This document shows positions 12,400 to 24,922 of a stretch of 64,000 nt of DNA, piece after piece. Source of the stretch: Macrostomum lignano. Its lineage: Eukaryota. The stretch spans positions 62,001-126,000 of the forward strand of contig NIVC01002396.1 in NCBI GenBank assembly GCA_002269645.1. Reading direction: 5' to 3'. Under the pieces are notes generated by a model, which was not told where the DNA came from, searched no databases, and worked only from the letters and a program-made list of their open reading frames with translations. A program made the position numbers and the translations under genes. Within the stretch, counting starts at the first letter, position 1, and every line of letters begins with the position of its first letter.

Positions 12400-15342
12400 G
12401 TTTGTCTGTCTGTCTATCTGTTTGTCTGTCTGTGTTTGTCTGTCTGTACACGAGCATCTAACCTATCTGCTCACCTGCACACCCCGCAGCTACGGCGGCA
12501 TGCTGACCCAGTACATGCGCTTCAAGTACCCGAACCTAATCGAGGGCGGTATCGTTGGCAGCGCGCCATTCTACTGGATAGCCAACATCACGGACACCCA
12601 TCCGGAGACATTCTTTGCCGATATTACAAATGTTTGTTTACGCAATACCTGACTGTATATTCGGTTTATACTACTTACCATTCCATATTGCAGATAAAGT
12701 GAGTAGCCAGTATAGTAAATGATATCTGTTATCATTTCCAGGTCTACGCCGGGGCAAACGCCAAATGCCCTACTATTGTTCGCTCCGGGTTCGCCCGGAT
12801 TCGATCTCTCGTTGAGAGCGGTCAATCCGGTGCGTTTATTACTATTATTTACTGATGTAGTAGCGAGTAAAGATACGGTATCAGTAGGGAATTAGTGCGG
12901 CAGATAAATGAGCTGATGTATGAATTTGGGAATGGTTTAAAATTCCTGTAAAATTTTACATTTTCAGGTATGCAACAGGTGAGCAAAGCGTTCAACCTTT
13001 GCAAGCCGATTCAGAACCAGACTGACGTGCGCCAGCTGTACGGTTGGGCTCGGAACGCCTTCGTCCTCATGGCCATGGGAGATTATCCCTATCCGACCGA
13101 GTTTATGGCCCCTCTACCCGCCTGGCCTGTTAATGTGAGCGGCCTAAGCGCTTCGTTTTTAAATAAGCTTTACTAGCAGTTTTCAAGCGTTTCTCCGATT
13201 AGTGGAAATGCAGCTAGCTTAAATTTTATTTTTGCGATTCATTCAAATTTTCTGTCACTTTTACTGTTAGTAGAATAGTTAGGATTATTCGTTTTTACGA
13301 ATTCTTTATTTTCTGCTATTTCTACCGTTAGTAGAATAATTAGGATTTTGTTTTCACGAATTTTTATATATCTGGTATTTTTACTGTTAGTAGAATAATT
13401 AGCATTTTGTTTTTACGATTTAATTTTTACGAAATAATATCCATCATCTATCATCTTGTATCGACTACTAACAGAGTAGTTTAGATTGTATTTTACTAAT
13501 TGTTTTCATTTCATTTCTAGGCTTCCTGTTCGGCTATGCTGAAGGCCGGCGACAGCGTTAGCGCTCTCAAAGCCGCCGTTGGTAAGTTGCTGGATCTCAC
13601 ATGTACATGTCTCTAATCTCACATGTACATGTCTCTCATCTCACGTGTACATATCTCTGATATCTCATCTATCATGAATGTCTCTAATCTGACGTCTACA
13701 TGTTTTTTCATCTTACATCTACATTTCTCTAATCTTAAATCTATAATACATGTCTCTAATCTAAAATCTATAAGCATGTCTCTAATCTCAAATCTATCAA
13801 GCATGTCTCTAATCTCAAATCTATCAAGCATGTCTCTAATCTCAAATCTATCAAGCATGTCTCTAATCTCAAATCTATCAAGCATGTCTCTAATCTAAAA
13901 TCTATCAAGTATGTCTCTAATCTCAAATCTATCAAGCATGTCTCTATTCTCAAATCTATCATAACATGTTTCTAATCTCACATCTATCAAGCATATCTCT
14001 AATCTCACATCTATCAAGCATATCTCTAATCTCACATCTATCAAGCATGTCTCTAATCTCACATCTATCAAGCATGTCTCTAATCTCACATCTATCAAGC
14101 ATGTCTCTAATCTCACATCTACCCGTGAACTCCCGCAGAGTTTGTATACCAGCTGCCAGCCGGGCAGTGCCACGACATCTATCAGGAGTACGTGTTCTGC
14201 GCCGACCCCACGGGCTGCGGCACCGGCCCCGAGAGTTTGGCCTGGGATTTTCAGGCCTGCACGGAGATGCACCTGCCCTACGGTAGCGACAATGTTACCG
14301 ATATGTTCCCGCCTTTGGCGTTCACGCCAGAGAGTTTAGTGGCCTATTGCAAGGACAAGTATAACGTTGAAACAGACGTTGAATGGCTCGGCGTGCTCAT
14401 GTGGGGCGATAGAATACACACGGCTAGCAACCTGGTGTTTAGCAATGGCGACCTGGACCCCTGGCACAATGGCGGAGTGAGCTGGCATTGGGGTGCTTTG
14501 ATCCCACACCCGACTATTCTGATACCACACCCGACTAATCCGATACCACACCCAGCTAATCTGATCCCACACCCGACTATTCTGATACCACACCCGACTA
14601 ATCTGATCCCACACCCGACTAATCCGATCCCACACCTGACTAATCCGATCCCACACCTGACTAATCCGATCCCACACCTGACTAATCCGATCCCACACCT
14701 GACTAATCGGATCCCACATCTGACTAATCGGATCCCACATCTGACTAATCGGATCCCACACCTGACTAATCGGATCCCACACCCGACTAATCCGATCCCA
14801 CACCCGAATAATCCGATCCCACACCTGATATATCCAATCCCACACCTGATATATCCAATCTATTCATTGTTAACCAAGCATTTTGCACACTATAATCGAT
14901 TTATAACTAAATTTATCCCCATATGTCTTTCATCTTGCAGCTGCTGAAAAGCATTCCGAACAGTAAAGATTTGGTTGCTGTGAGAATCCCTAATGGCGCT
15001 CACCATCTGGATCTCAGGTGAGGGCTAATTAATCATAGTTATACGTTGGATAAGCTAAATAAATTGGCTAGCTTCAACGCAAAATAATTTAGGCAATGCT
15101 TCGTAACCATGGCAACTAGCTATCACAATATCTTTACACGCCGCAGGGGTTCGAACCCGGCCGACCCACCGGATGTTATCCGGGCTCGCCAGACTCACGT
15201 GAGCTACATTAAGAAGTGGCTTACTAACTATGAGAATAGGCAGGGTAGGGCTAACCCGGCCTCGGTGGGCGAGCAGCACGATCTGATGGAGGAGCGGCAG
15301 CTGGACAGCTATCTGCACTACGGCCAGTTCGATCGGCTGTAG
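7164..15342 (+). CDS. DPP7: Dipeptidyl peptidase II (DPP7)/prolylcarboxypeptidase-like serine peptidase, family S28; ~518 aa, 10 exons
   Basis: Exons 7164-7344, 8338-8477, 12127-12293, 12490-12631, 12742-12829, 12968-13134, 13521-13581, 14139-14476, 14941-15017, 15147-15342; all GT-AG and phase-consistent (1557 nt). Signal-peptide-like N-terminus, FFYTGNEG, EHRYYG, GGSYGG (Ser), NGDLDPW (Asp), GAHHLDL (His). CADPTGCGTGP...AWDFQACTE is closer to DPP7 than to PRCP. Confidence 0.92.
8855..8953 (-). mobile_element. hAT-like non-autonomous element end (relic)
   Basis: The reverse complement of 8935-8951 is CAGGGGTCAGCAACCTC, a hAT-like terminus. Internal GGCCAGGGCCAGAT / ATCTGGCCCTGG inverted repeat. 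A related terminus lies at 49062-49078. No partner end or TSD found. Confidence 0.4.
9040..9690. repeat. 42-bp minisatellite (DPP7 intron 2)
   Basis: Unit TTTCGATACATATCGGTAGATAGGTAGTTTCACTTGGCCAGC; period checked at 9061/9103. Confidence 0.95.
10545..12028. repeat. 26-bp minisatellite, ~57 copies (DPP7 intron 2)
   Basis: Unit CTATGACCCAAGTGGAAGCAGATCCT; period checked at 10861/10887. Confidence 0.95.
12317..12448. repeat. (TGTC)n microsatellite (DPP7 intron 3)
   Basis: Direct reading. Confidence 0.9.
13598..14120. repeat. 27-bp minisatellite (DPP7 intron 7)
   Basis: Unit CATGTCTCTAATCTCAAATCTATCAAG. Confidence 0.92.
14498..14860. repeat. 21-bp minisatellite (DPP7 intron 8)
   Basis: Unit GATCCCACACCTGACTAATCC. 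Confidence 0.92.
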
Positions 15343-16349
15343 AATTCACCAACCATGCTATGATCGATCGAGTGCAAAACCAAAAAGGAAATAAAGACAG
15401 TTTAATAGTTTAATTTGCTTTACTTTATTATTACCAATAAAATGTTTAAGTATTTTCAAGCAATATTCCGGTGATTATTCAGCGCGAAATTCCCCGCTTT
15501 ATCTATGTTATCGACTTTATCTTCTTCTATTAGATATACAATAATTATCAAATTACTTTTATTCTACTTGTATTTTCAGTAGCAAGCAAAGAAATAAGCA
15601 GCTATTTTCTGCTCGGGAAAGTTTGTTAGAGTGGTCAAATCACTCACGTGACACATTTCGTTATAAGCGGAGGAACAAATGTACATAGAAAGGCGACTGA
15701 TAATGTACATAGCTGTTAAACTACCCTTTCTCCCCAGCCAGCCAGGGCGCGGCGCGATAGGGGCAATAAAATGGGGGGGGCAGAAAAACGACAGGGGTGC
15801 AGGGCTCGCGTGGAATTGCAAATAAATGAGCTAATAAGAATTCGGGAGAGGGAGGAAGAGTAGATCATACTACTGAGTTGATAGTAGCTTAAGATCAGAT
15901 GCGGCCGATATCTGCTTATTTCATTGATTATTATTGATTTAATCATTTTCTACTGCTCAACCTATCAAGTGATGTTTTTTACTCAAGCTAATTACTCAAG
16001 ATTCTCAATATTAATTCAACCCGCCTTTATTGGTTAGATGAAATTTGCTGAATTCATCTAACCAATTGCTGAGTTAACTTCCAAGTTGAAGACTATTAGG
16101 AAAACTTTTGGCAAATGGCTTCAATTTTTTCAGTTATTCAATTTTCAGATACGATCGATGGTGGTAAGAGCTTGAATTCACTAAAGGCATCTGATAGCTA
16201 ATCTGCATGTTCATTTTGGTACCTCGATCAATCTCATTTCAAAACTTAATAATCAAAATTAATCAAATATGGTTTGCAGGCAAGGATTACTAATAGTAGG
16301 CAGGGGTAGGGAGGCAGGGGCTGTGTGTACCCTAGCGCACTTTAAGCTG

Positions 16350-16643
16350 ACCCCCCCCTGAGCAGGCACACCAGCGCGCGGATACGTACGCAGTCATACG
16401 CACAGGCACACACACAGGAGTGTACAGCGGCCATAACTTTATTTATCGTTAGGCATGTACACTTTACTGTGTCTTTGGGGTTAGCCTTCAAGAGCGTTAA
16501 GTACACGAGCAGAGCCAAGCCAAGATTCCAATTCAGCCCCAAAAATTAATGGAACTTAATGGAACCAAATTAATGCACTTGGAATCGAACCTGGGCCGCT
16601 GGCACATCAGAGCGCCCTGCTGAACCACTACGCTACGGCCCCC
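16350..16643 (-). mobile_element. tRNA-derived SINE, copy 1
   Basis: Minus strand begins GGGGCCGTAGCGTAGTGGTTCAGC (A box), then CAGGTTCGATTCCAAG (B box). The body is shared with 19227-19490 (CTTGGCTCTGCTCGTG, TTAACGCTCTTGAAGGC, GCCTGTGCGTATGACTGCGTACGTATCCGCGCGCT). No acceptor stem, so not a tRNA gene. Confidence 0.8.
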
Positions 16644-17142
16644 TCAGCTGACGTCCTTGTATTAAGTTGTATTAAGTAACTTGTATTAAGCAACGAGAGC
16701 TACTTCTATTGCACATAGCAACACGATGAAACGTTCTTCATCAATCAATTTATCCTACTGATGACAAAGCTCTAGAAATGACTTCGACAGATAGAATTTA
16801 CAGATGGTTTCTTGTGGCATGCAGGATGCAGCAGAGCTGTAGATCAGGGCGTAAGGGTTTCGAACAGGAAGGAGTCAAATCAGCAATTTGATGGTCCTCA
16901 TGACAACCTCAGTAATGCATATATTTTGGCATTGATTTGGAAACCTTTTTATCCTTTCACAAGCTTGTTTATAATTCAAGTAATCAGAACAAGCAACCAT
17001 GGTTCGATCGGCCTTGATATAAAGATTTTGTATTTAAGATCTAAACATCTGATGTAAGTAAAGCTACTTCTGCGCTACAAGTCTTCTATATATAAGTGAT
17101 CTGAAATCCAGAAAAGTTTTAGCAAAGCTTGCAGAAATCCTT

Positions 17143-20100
17143 CTAAGACTTTTTAAACTTTCGACTTCGCTTTAATGTAGGCTGCTTTTTCTTGTCAGTA
17201 ATTTGCTGCTGGCTTGAAGCAATCGGCTCGAGTTTGAGCTTGGCCGCCACCTGCGGCTGCTGCTCAACCGACATCGGCGGCTGATCGTCGTTCAAGGCGT
17301 CAGACAAAGACAGTCGGCGTAGCTGCCAGCTCACCGTGGCTGCGGCGGCCGCCGCTGCGGTGCCTTCGCCTAGAATCTCGCGATGATAGACGGTCAGGCG
17401 GCGTTGAGCGTTCTCTTCCCGGGCCTTCTTCTCGCGCTCGCGCCGCCTGTGCTGGCGGATGCCGTCGCTGAAATTTCTGAGGTTGGGTGGCGTGGCGGGT
17501 TAAACACTGATGGGGTGGCGGGTGAAACACTGATGGGGTGGCGTGTGAAACACACTGATGGGGTGGCGGGTGAAACAGAATGATGGGGTGGCGGGTGAAA
17601 CAGACTGATGAGGTGGCGTGTGAAACAGAATGATGGGGTGGCGGGTGAAACAGAATGATGGCGTGGCGTGTGAAACAGACTGATGGGGTGGCAGGTGAAA
17701 AAGACTGATGGCGTGGCGTGTGAAACAGACTGATGGGGTGGCGGGTGAAACAGACTGATGAGGTGGCGTGTGAAACAGAATGATGGGGTGGCGGGTGAAA
17801 CAGAATGATGGGGTGGCGGGTGAAACAGAATGATGGGGTGGCAGGTGAAAAAGACTGATGGCGTGGCGTGTGAAACAGACTGATGGGGTGGCGGGTGAAA
17901 CAGACTGATGAGGTGGCGTGTGAAACAGAATGATAGGGTGGCGGGTGAAACAGAATGATGGCGTGGCGTGTGAAACAGACTGATGGGGTGGCAGGTGAAA
18001 AAGACTGATGGCGTGGCGTGTGAAACAGACTGATGGGGTGGCGGGTGAAACAGACTGATGAGGTGGCGTGTGAAACAGAATGATGGGGTGGCGGGTGAAA
18101 CAGACTGATGAGGTGGCGTGTGAAACAGAATGATGGGGTGGCGTGTGAAACAGAATGATGGGGTGGCGGGTGAAACAGACTGATGAGGTGGCGTGTGAAA
18201 CAGAATGATGGGGTGGCGGGTGAAACAGAATGATGGCGTGGCGTGTGAAACAGACTGATGGGGTGGCAGGTGAAAAAGACTGATGGCGTGGCGTGTGAAA
18301 CAGACTGATGGGGTGGCGGGTGAAACAGACTGATGGGGTGGCGGGTGAAACAGACTGATGAGGTGGCGTGTGAAACAGAATGATGGGGTGGCGGGTGAAA
18401 CAAACTGATGAGTGGCGGGTGAAACACTGTGAGGCGATAAGCTATAGGACCTGGGTGACTGATAGGTCTGGGTGTAAGTAACATTGTAAGCAAGTACATT
18501 CACTTACTTAAAATTGATGTCGGCAATTGTTCCCGCGCCAGTCTGCTTCTGCTGTTGCTGCTGGTTCTGCTGGGCAGTACTGTTGCCAGCATTAATCTGC
18601 TGAGCGATCTCTGCCATCTCGTCCATGGACAGGCTGATTCCGGCTCTCTGGGTGAAGTTGCGATTTTTGAAATAAATTAACACTTCATCCGACACAGTGC
18701 GCATTGAATTGAATATGCTCAATAAAGTTACTATCAAGACAGTAGTACGCTCGTATGATCCCTCATCGTTCCCGACGCGGCATTCTCAAACTCTGCGCCT
18801 TCGTCGCTTCTCTGGGGACGTTTCACAACCTCAAATCTCAGGAAGCAGTACTAGAAAGTTTTTGGTTTCTAGTATTTTTTTGCCCCATCGCTCGCGTCCT
18901 GGATGGCTGGGGTGGGTTTAAGCTTCCATGTACATTATCAGCCAAAGTGGCCAATGTACATTGTGTCACGTGATTAACTGTTGATGCAAGCGTACATAGT
19001 CCGCATAGTGTGTGGGCGCGGATAGGGCATTTTATGGTGGAGGACAGAGCCTAAGAACACAGAACGAGAGGCAATTGCTAACTATACTAACTAGTGATTA
19101 TAATTCTTAAGATGAAGTTTTCTTTACATATACTACTTTTAGGCTAGTAGAGTAACTGTGGCTAAAAATGAAGTTAGAAAACACACTATACAACTGGATT
19201 CCTAAGCTTGTATCAGGAAGTAAAGAGGGATCGTAGCCTAGTGGTCAAGCACGGCGCTGTGATGTGCCAGCAGCCCAGGTTCGATTCCAAGTGCAGTCGC
19301 ATTAGTTTGGGGCTAAATTGAAATCTCGGCTTGGCTCTGCTCGTGCAGTTAACGCTCTTGAAGGCCAATAAGGAACAGGGAAGTGTACATGCCCAACGAT
19401 AAATTAATTAAGTTAGGGCTGCTGTACACTCCTGTGTGAGTGTGTGCCTGTGCGTATGACTGCGTACGTATCCGCGCGCTTGTGTGCCTATTTGGGTAAC
19501 GTATTTTTAAGATAGATTGGACTTTAGGTAAATTAACTTCTAGTGGTCCTGCAATAACAGCCGATTCACCTTCAGCCTGTCGATGAACTCCTCCCGGTTC
19601 ATCTGCATGGCCAGGTCTTTGTCGAACGAGCGGAACAGCTCCAGCGGCCGGAGGTGGTAGCGCTGCATGTAGCCAATGACCTCGGCCATGGGGTCCTTGG
19701 CGTCGGGCTCGTTCCGGCAGCCGAACAGATCGTGCGATGACAGGACGCCGTCGTGTTGGCAGCTGAACTCGCGCCCTGCGCCGATGGTCTGGGAGAGCAG
19801 CTCGAAGTCCGGCGTGACTTTGTTGCCCTGGATATGGGATGGATAAAATCATTCGTTTTGAGGGGGGCGGAACTAAAAGGTTGGCAGTACATGTAGCTTT
19901 GGCGCCCCTGGTGCTGGCGCCCCTGGCGCCCCTGGTGCTGGCGCCCCTGGTGCTGGCGCCCCTGGTGCTGGCGCCCCTGGTGCTGGCGCCCCTGGTGCTG
20001 GCGCCCCTGGTGCTGGCGCCCCTGGTGCTGGCGCCCCTGGTGCTGGCGCCCCTGGTGCTGGCGCCCCTGGTGCTGGCGCCCCTGGTGCTGGCGCCCCTGG

Positions 20101-23100
20101 TGCTGGCGCCCCTGGTGCTAAAGCCCCTGGTGCTGGCGCCCCTGGTGCTGGCGCCCCTGGTGCTGGCGCCCCTGGTGCTGGCGCCCCTGGTGCTGGCGCC
20201 CCTGGTGCTGGCGCCCCTGGTGCTGGCGCCCCTGGTGCTGGCGCCCCTGGTGCTGGCGCCCCTGGTGCTGGCGCCCCTGGTGCTGGCGCCCCTGGTGCTG
20301 GCGCCCCTGGTGCTGGCGCCCCTGATGCTAAACACGGAGCGATCTTGGAAAAACGGTTTGATAAAAGTTGATTAAAGGGACGCCACTTGCCCTGAGATCT
20401 AGCAGGCTGATGACGCTTGTGTCGGCAGTCAAGGCCTCCAGGATATCCAGACAGCCGGTAGTTGTCAACGGGTTGCCACCGATCTGCGAGAGGCAAAAAG
20501 CAATGTGGAGAATCATGCTAGAATATCCATGTACAATTCCCGGTTGGGTACTCGACTCCCAATTTTCGTATACAACACATTTGTACGAATCTCCAAGCAC
20601 ATTGACTGTAAAAAATGTGAATTTCCAAGAACTGACGAAGTCGAACTTTTTGAAAGAATCTCTAGGAAGTGTTTTCAAGAATGATGAAAAATTTCCTCTA
20701 TTATGGTTATGAACAATCACTTCTAAGAATCTCCCAACCGTTTCTAAGAATCTCCCAATTGTTTATTAGCATCTTACAACTGTTTCTAAGAATCTACAAA
20801 ACGTTTCTAAGAAACTCCCGACCGTTTCTAAGAATCCCGCGGCCATTATTAAAGCTTGACCCTTTATGTTGAATCTCCCAATTTGTGCTAGAATTTCCCA
20901 ACCGTTTATATTAAAATCTCTGTTGTTTCTCAGAATCTGGCAAATGTTTCTAAGAATCTGTCAGCCATTCATCCCGGTGCGCAGCATCCCAACCGCGAGC
21001 CTCACCCGCAGAGTCGCCAGCGAGTAGTTCAGCCTCAAGCCTTCGGCGATCAGCCTGGCGCCCTGCCAGTCCACCCGGCAGTGCGACACGTCCAACTCCC
21101 GAAGGTACTTGTTGGCCTGCAGCATGCTGGACAGGGCCAGGGCGCCCTCGTAGCCCAGGCCGTTCCAGCTCAGGTTGACCCTGCCAGGGGGCAGTGGCGG
21201 AGGCATGGTTAGTTGGAATAGCGACACTAGAAGATGGGCAGGAGGGATTGGGATTGGGAAAGAAAGGGGGAGAGACAGGGAGACAGAGGGAGGGAGACAG
21301 ACAAGGAGGCGGGAAGGTAGACAGGGAGACAGGGAGACAGGGAGACAGGAAGGGAGACAGGGAGACAGGGAGACAGGAAGGGAGACAGGAGAGGGAGACA
21401 GGAAGGGAGACAGGAGAGGGAGACAGGAAGGGAGACAAGAGTGGGAGACAGGAGAGGGAGACAGGAGAGGGAGACAGGAGAGGGAGACAGGAGAGGGAGA
21501 CAGGAGAGGGAGACAAGAGTGGGAGACAGGAGAGGGAGACAGGAGAGGGAGACAGGAGAGGGAGACAGGAGAGGGAGACAGGAGAGGGAGACAGGAGAGG
21601 GAGACAGGAGAGGGAGACAGGAGAGGGAGACAGGAGAGGGAGACAGGAGAGGGAGACAGGAGAGGGAGACAGGAGAGGGAGACAGGAGAGGGAGACAGGA
21701 GAGGGAGACAGGAGAGGGAGACAGGAGAGGGAGACAGGAGAGGGAGACAGGAGAGGGAGACAGGAGAGGGAGACAGGAGAGGGAGACAGGAGAGGGAGAC
21801 AGGAGAGGGAGACAGGAGAGGGAGACAGGAGAGGGAGACAGGAGAGGGAGACAGGAGAGGGAGACAGGAGAGGGAGACAGGAGAGGGAGAGGCGGGACAG
21901 TGCGGAGTCCCAGCCAACCAGAGCCAGCAGCCCGCACCTGGCCAGGCTGACATTCTTGCCGACACCCTGGCAGAGGGTGACCGCTCCGACGCGGCGCACG
22001 CGGCACCAGCTGATGTCCAGCTCCTCCAATACGAAGTTCTCAGTCAGAGCGCGGCCAACGTGGAGGCCGCCGGACTCGGACAGGCAGTTGCGGTCGAGTC
22101 GAAGCTGCCGAATTGAATCGTTCTGCTCGATGCCCAAGGCGAGGAATTTGCTGCCCGAGTCGCCGATTCTGTTGTCTGTTGGTTCCAACAGAAAATATTG
22201 ATAGATTGATCGGCTTGTTGACTCGTTGATTGATTGATTAATTGATCGATTGATTAATTGATTGATTAATTGATTGATTGATCGATTGATTGATTGATTG
22301 ATTGATTGATCGATTGACTTGATTGATTTATTTGGTTGATTGATTGATCGATTTATTGATTGATTGATCGATTGGTTGATTGATTGATCGATCGATTGAT
22401 TGATTGATTAATTGGTTGATTGATCGATTGATTGATCGATAAATTGATTGATTGATTGATTGATTAATTGATTGATTGATCGATTAATTGATCGATTAAT
22501 TGATTGATTAATCGATTAATTGATTGATTGATCGATTAATTGATTGATTGATTGATTAATTGATTGATTGATCGATTAATTGATTGATTGACTGATTGAT
22601 TGATTGGTTGAATGGCTGATTCAATAGTTAAGCTACTAGGGCAGTCATAAATTAGCAGCACTCCGATACAGCCGTACGCCTTCCTCACCGCTGACGTCCA
22701 GCATCTGTATGGCAGTGTTGTACTTCATCAAATCTGCCACTGCTATCGCTCCTTTATCGCCAATGTTGTTGCCCGAAATGTTCTTTTGGAAGAAATTTGA
22801 CATCTTAGTATCAGATGAAGGCCAAAATAATTAATTCTAATACAACGTGCCGGACTTACCAGCTCTCGCACCGAGGGATTCGATCTCAGCACCTTGGATA
22901 ATTGCAGCATGCCCTCCGCTTCCAGACCGTTTTGAGAGAGATCCAATTTAGTCACGTGACTGTTCACCTGCACATGTACGGTTGAAAGGATTGACTTGTC
23001 ACTGTCCGTACGTAAACCATATTTTCTACACTAGTACACTCCACTGCCTAAATATCACACTAATTTTACACACCCATGTACACCCCAGCCTCTACAACCC

Positions 23101-24922
23101 ACTCCCTGTACACCTCAGCTTGTACAATTTGTACACCAAAGCCTGCACAACCCACTCCCTGCACATCCCAGCACCCCAGCCTGTACAACTCACTCCCTGC
23201 ACAACTTAGTCCCTGTACACCCAGCCTGTACAACCCACTCCCTGCACACCTCAGTCCCTGTACACCCAGCCTGTACAACTCACTCCTTGCACACCTCAGT
23301 TCCTGTACACCCAGCCTGTACAACTCACTCCTTGCACACCTCAGTTCCTGTACACCCAGCCTGTACAACTCACTCCTTGCACACCCCACTCCGCACTCAC
23401 CCGCAGAGCCCGCCCAACCGGTCTAAAGGACGCCGGTCCCAGGTATCGCCCCGCCAGGCTGAGCGCGGGCTTCTCCAAGCCCTCCAGCACGCGGGTCTGC
23501 AGAGCGGCGGCCACCCCGGCCGTCTTTGACGCGGCAGACAACGTCGGTTCGCTGAAGTCGTCGCCGACACTGTTGCACAGCACCGCGTAGACTGTCTGGC
23601 TGCGCGTCAGGCCGCGCTCGGTGTGCAGCCGGCGACTCATGCGCTCTCGAGACAGCCGCGCCGACGGCTGCTCAGCTTCAGCCACCTCCACTGCCAGTGA
23701 TTGAGTCGCTTAGTTGTACATGCATGTTTATTAATGTGCTTCACTCGCCTCACTCACCTCACTCACTTCTCTTGCCTCACTCACTTCACTCACTTCACTC
23801 GCCTCACTTCACTCACTTCTCTTGCCTCACTCACTTCACTCGCCTCACTCACTTCACTCACTTCACTCACTTCACTCACCTCACTCACTTCACTCGCCTC
23901 ACTCACTTCACTCTCCTCACTCACTTCACTCGCCTCACTCACTTCACTCGCCTCACTCACTTCACTCACTTCACTCTCCTCACTCACTTCACTCTCTTCA
24001 CTCGCCTCACTTACCTCACTCACTTCACTCTCCTCACTCACTTCACTCTCCTCACTCACTTCACTCTCTTCACTCGCCTCACTCACCTCACTCACTTCAC
24101 TCTCCTCACTCTCTTCACTCGCCTCACTCACCTCACTCACTTCACTCTCCTCACTCACTTCACTCTCTTCACTCGCCTCACTCACTTCACTCGCCTCACT
24201 CACTTCACTCGCCTCACTAACTTCACTCTCCTCACTCACTTCTCTTGCCTCACTCACTTCTCATTCTCCTCACTCAGTTCACTCTCCTCACTCACTTCTC
24301 ATTCTCCTCACTCAGTTCACTCGCCTCACTCACTTCTCATTCTCCTCACTCAGTTCACTCGCCTCACTCACTTCTCATTCTCCTCACTCAGTTCACTCTC
24401 CTCAGACTCACTGCAGCCTCCTCACTCAGCTACATGTACTACTTCACTCGGTTAGAGAACAGCATTCTACACAAGCAGTTGACGCAGACAATTTCTTTTA
24501 AAATCAATGCTTTAAAGCCCAGAACCTTTCTAGAAAAGAATAACTATAGCTATTTCAAATCACGGACGCACAATTGTGTTCCTTCCTTGACAGCAATAAA
24601 ATGTACACCGTACTATTGCTTAGGATGAACAAAAGTACATGTAAAAGCAGGATACACGTACACCTTTCTTCAGCTAAGCAACAAAGCTGTCAGAACCCAA
24701 CAAACAGTGTGAGATCCGGCCGACAGCTTCTATCAATCGAGCAATACCAAATCTTAATAATAATATCTAATAAGCTCATAATCACGCACCGCTCACGTCC
24801 AGGTCTGTGCTGCAGCCGTCGGAGCTGTCGCCGCTGTCGTCTCGAGCATCGAAGTAGCAGCGATCGAGTCTGATTGACACTTCGGCACCAGCTGCATCGC
24901 TTGGTGCTGTAGGATCAGACAT
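17143..24922 (-). CDS. LRRC74-like leucine-rich repeat (RI-like) protein with C-terminal EF-hand region; ~620 aa, 10 exons
   Basis: Exons (minus): 24922-24790, 23690-23401, 22967-22860, 22782-22689, 22175-21938, 21180-21006, 20483-20391, 19827-19570, 18647-18508, 17476-17143; phase-consistent, 1863 nt. Repeated LxLxxNxLGxxG units (LDLSQNGLEAEG, ISGNNIGDKG, LSWNGLGYEG) and EF-hand-like LFRSFDKDLAMQMNREEF. The LRRC74 assignment comes from recalled architecture, not a search. Confidence 0.8.
17488..18430. repeat. 25-bp minisatellite (last intron of LRR gene)
   Basis: Unit GAAACAGACTGATGGGGTGGCGGGT with higher-order variants. Confidence 0.95.
19227..19490 (+). mobile_element. tRNA-derived SINE, copy 2
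   Basis: GGGATCGTAGCCTAGTGGTCAAGC ... CAGGTTCGATTCCAAG, followed by a body homologous to copy 1 at 16350-16643. Confidence 0.8.
19900..20328. repeat. 15-bp GC-rich minisatellite (GCGCCCCTGGTGCTG)n
   Basis: Near-perfect array inside the GC-AG intron; explains the spurious GAPAP/GASTR ORFs. Confidence 0.95.
21265..21890. repeat. 13-bp purine minisatellite (GGAGAGGGAGACA)n
   Basis: Direct reading. Confidence 0.95.
22200..22612. repeat. (ATTG)n-based microsatellite
   Basis: Direct reading. Confidence 0.92.
23065..23395. repeat. 45-bp minisatellite
   Basis: Unit CACCCAGCCTGTACAACTCACTCCTTGCACACCTCAGTTCCTGTA. Confidence 0.88.
23740..24420. repeat. CACT/CTCA-rich 9-mer-based compound repeat
   Basis: CACTCACTT / CACTCTCCT / CACTCGCCT units. 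Confidence 0.9.

Noticed and set aside
16570-16643. tRNA gene (also 19227-19300 and 33720-33835)
   Set aside because: A/B boxes or T-arm-like sequence are present, but no acceptor stem or complete cloverleaf; these are SINE heads or tandem repeats.
19349-20496. Long ORFs (GASTR, GAPAP, VLAPL repeats)
   Set aside because: They are frames of a 15-bp intronic tandem repeat. The same holds for repeat-derived ORFs at 8995-9688, 13619-14286, 17300-18503, 20950-22201, 23697-24501, 43415-44314, 46729-47255, 54166-55076 and 58930-59565.
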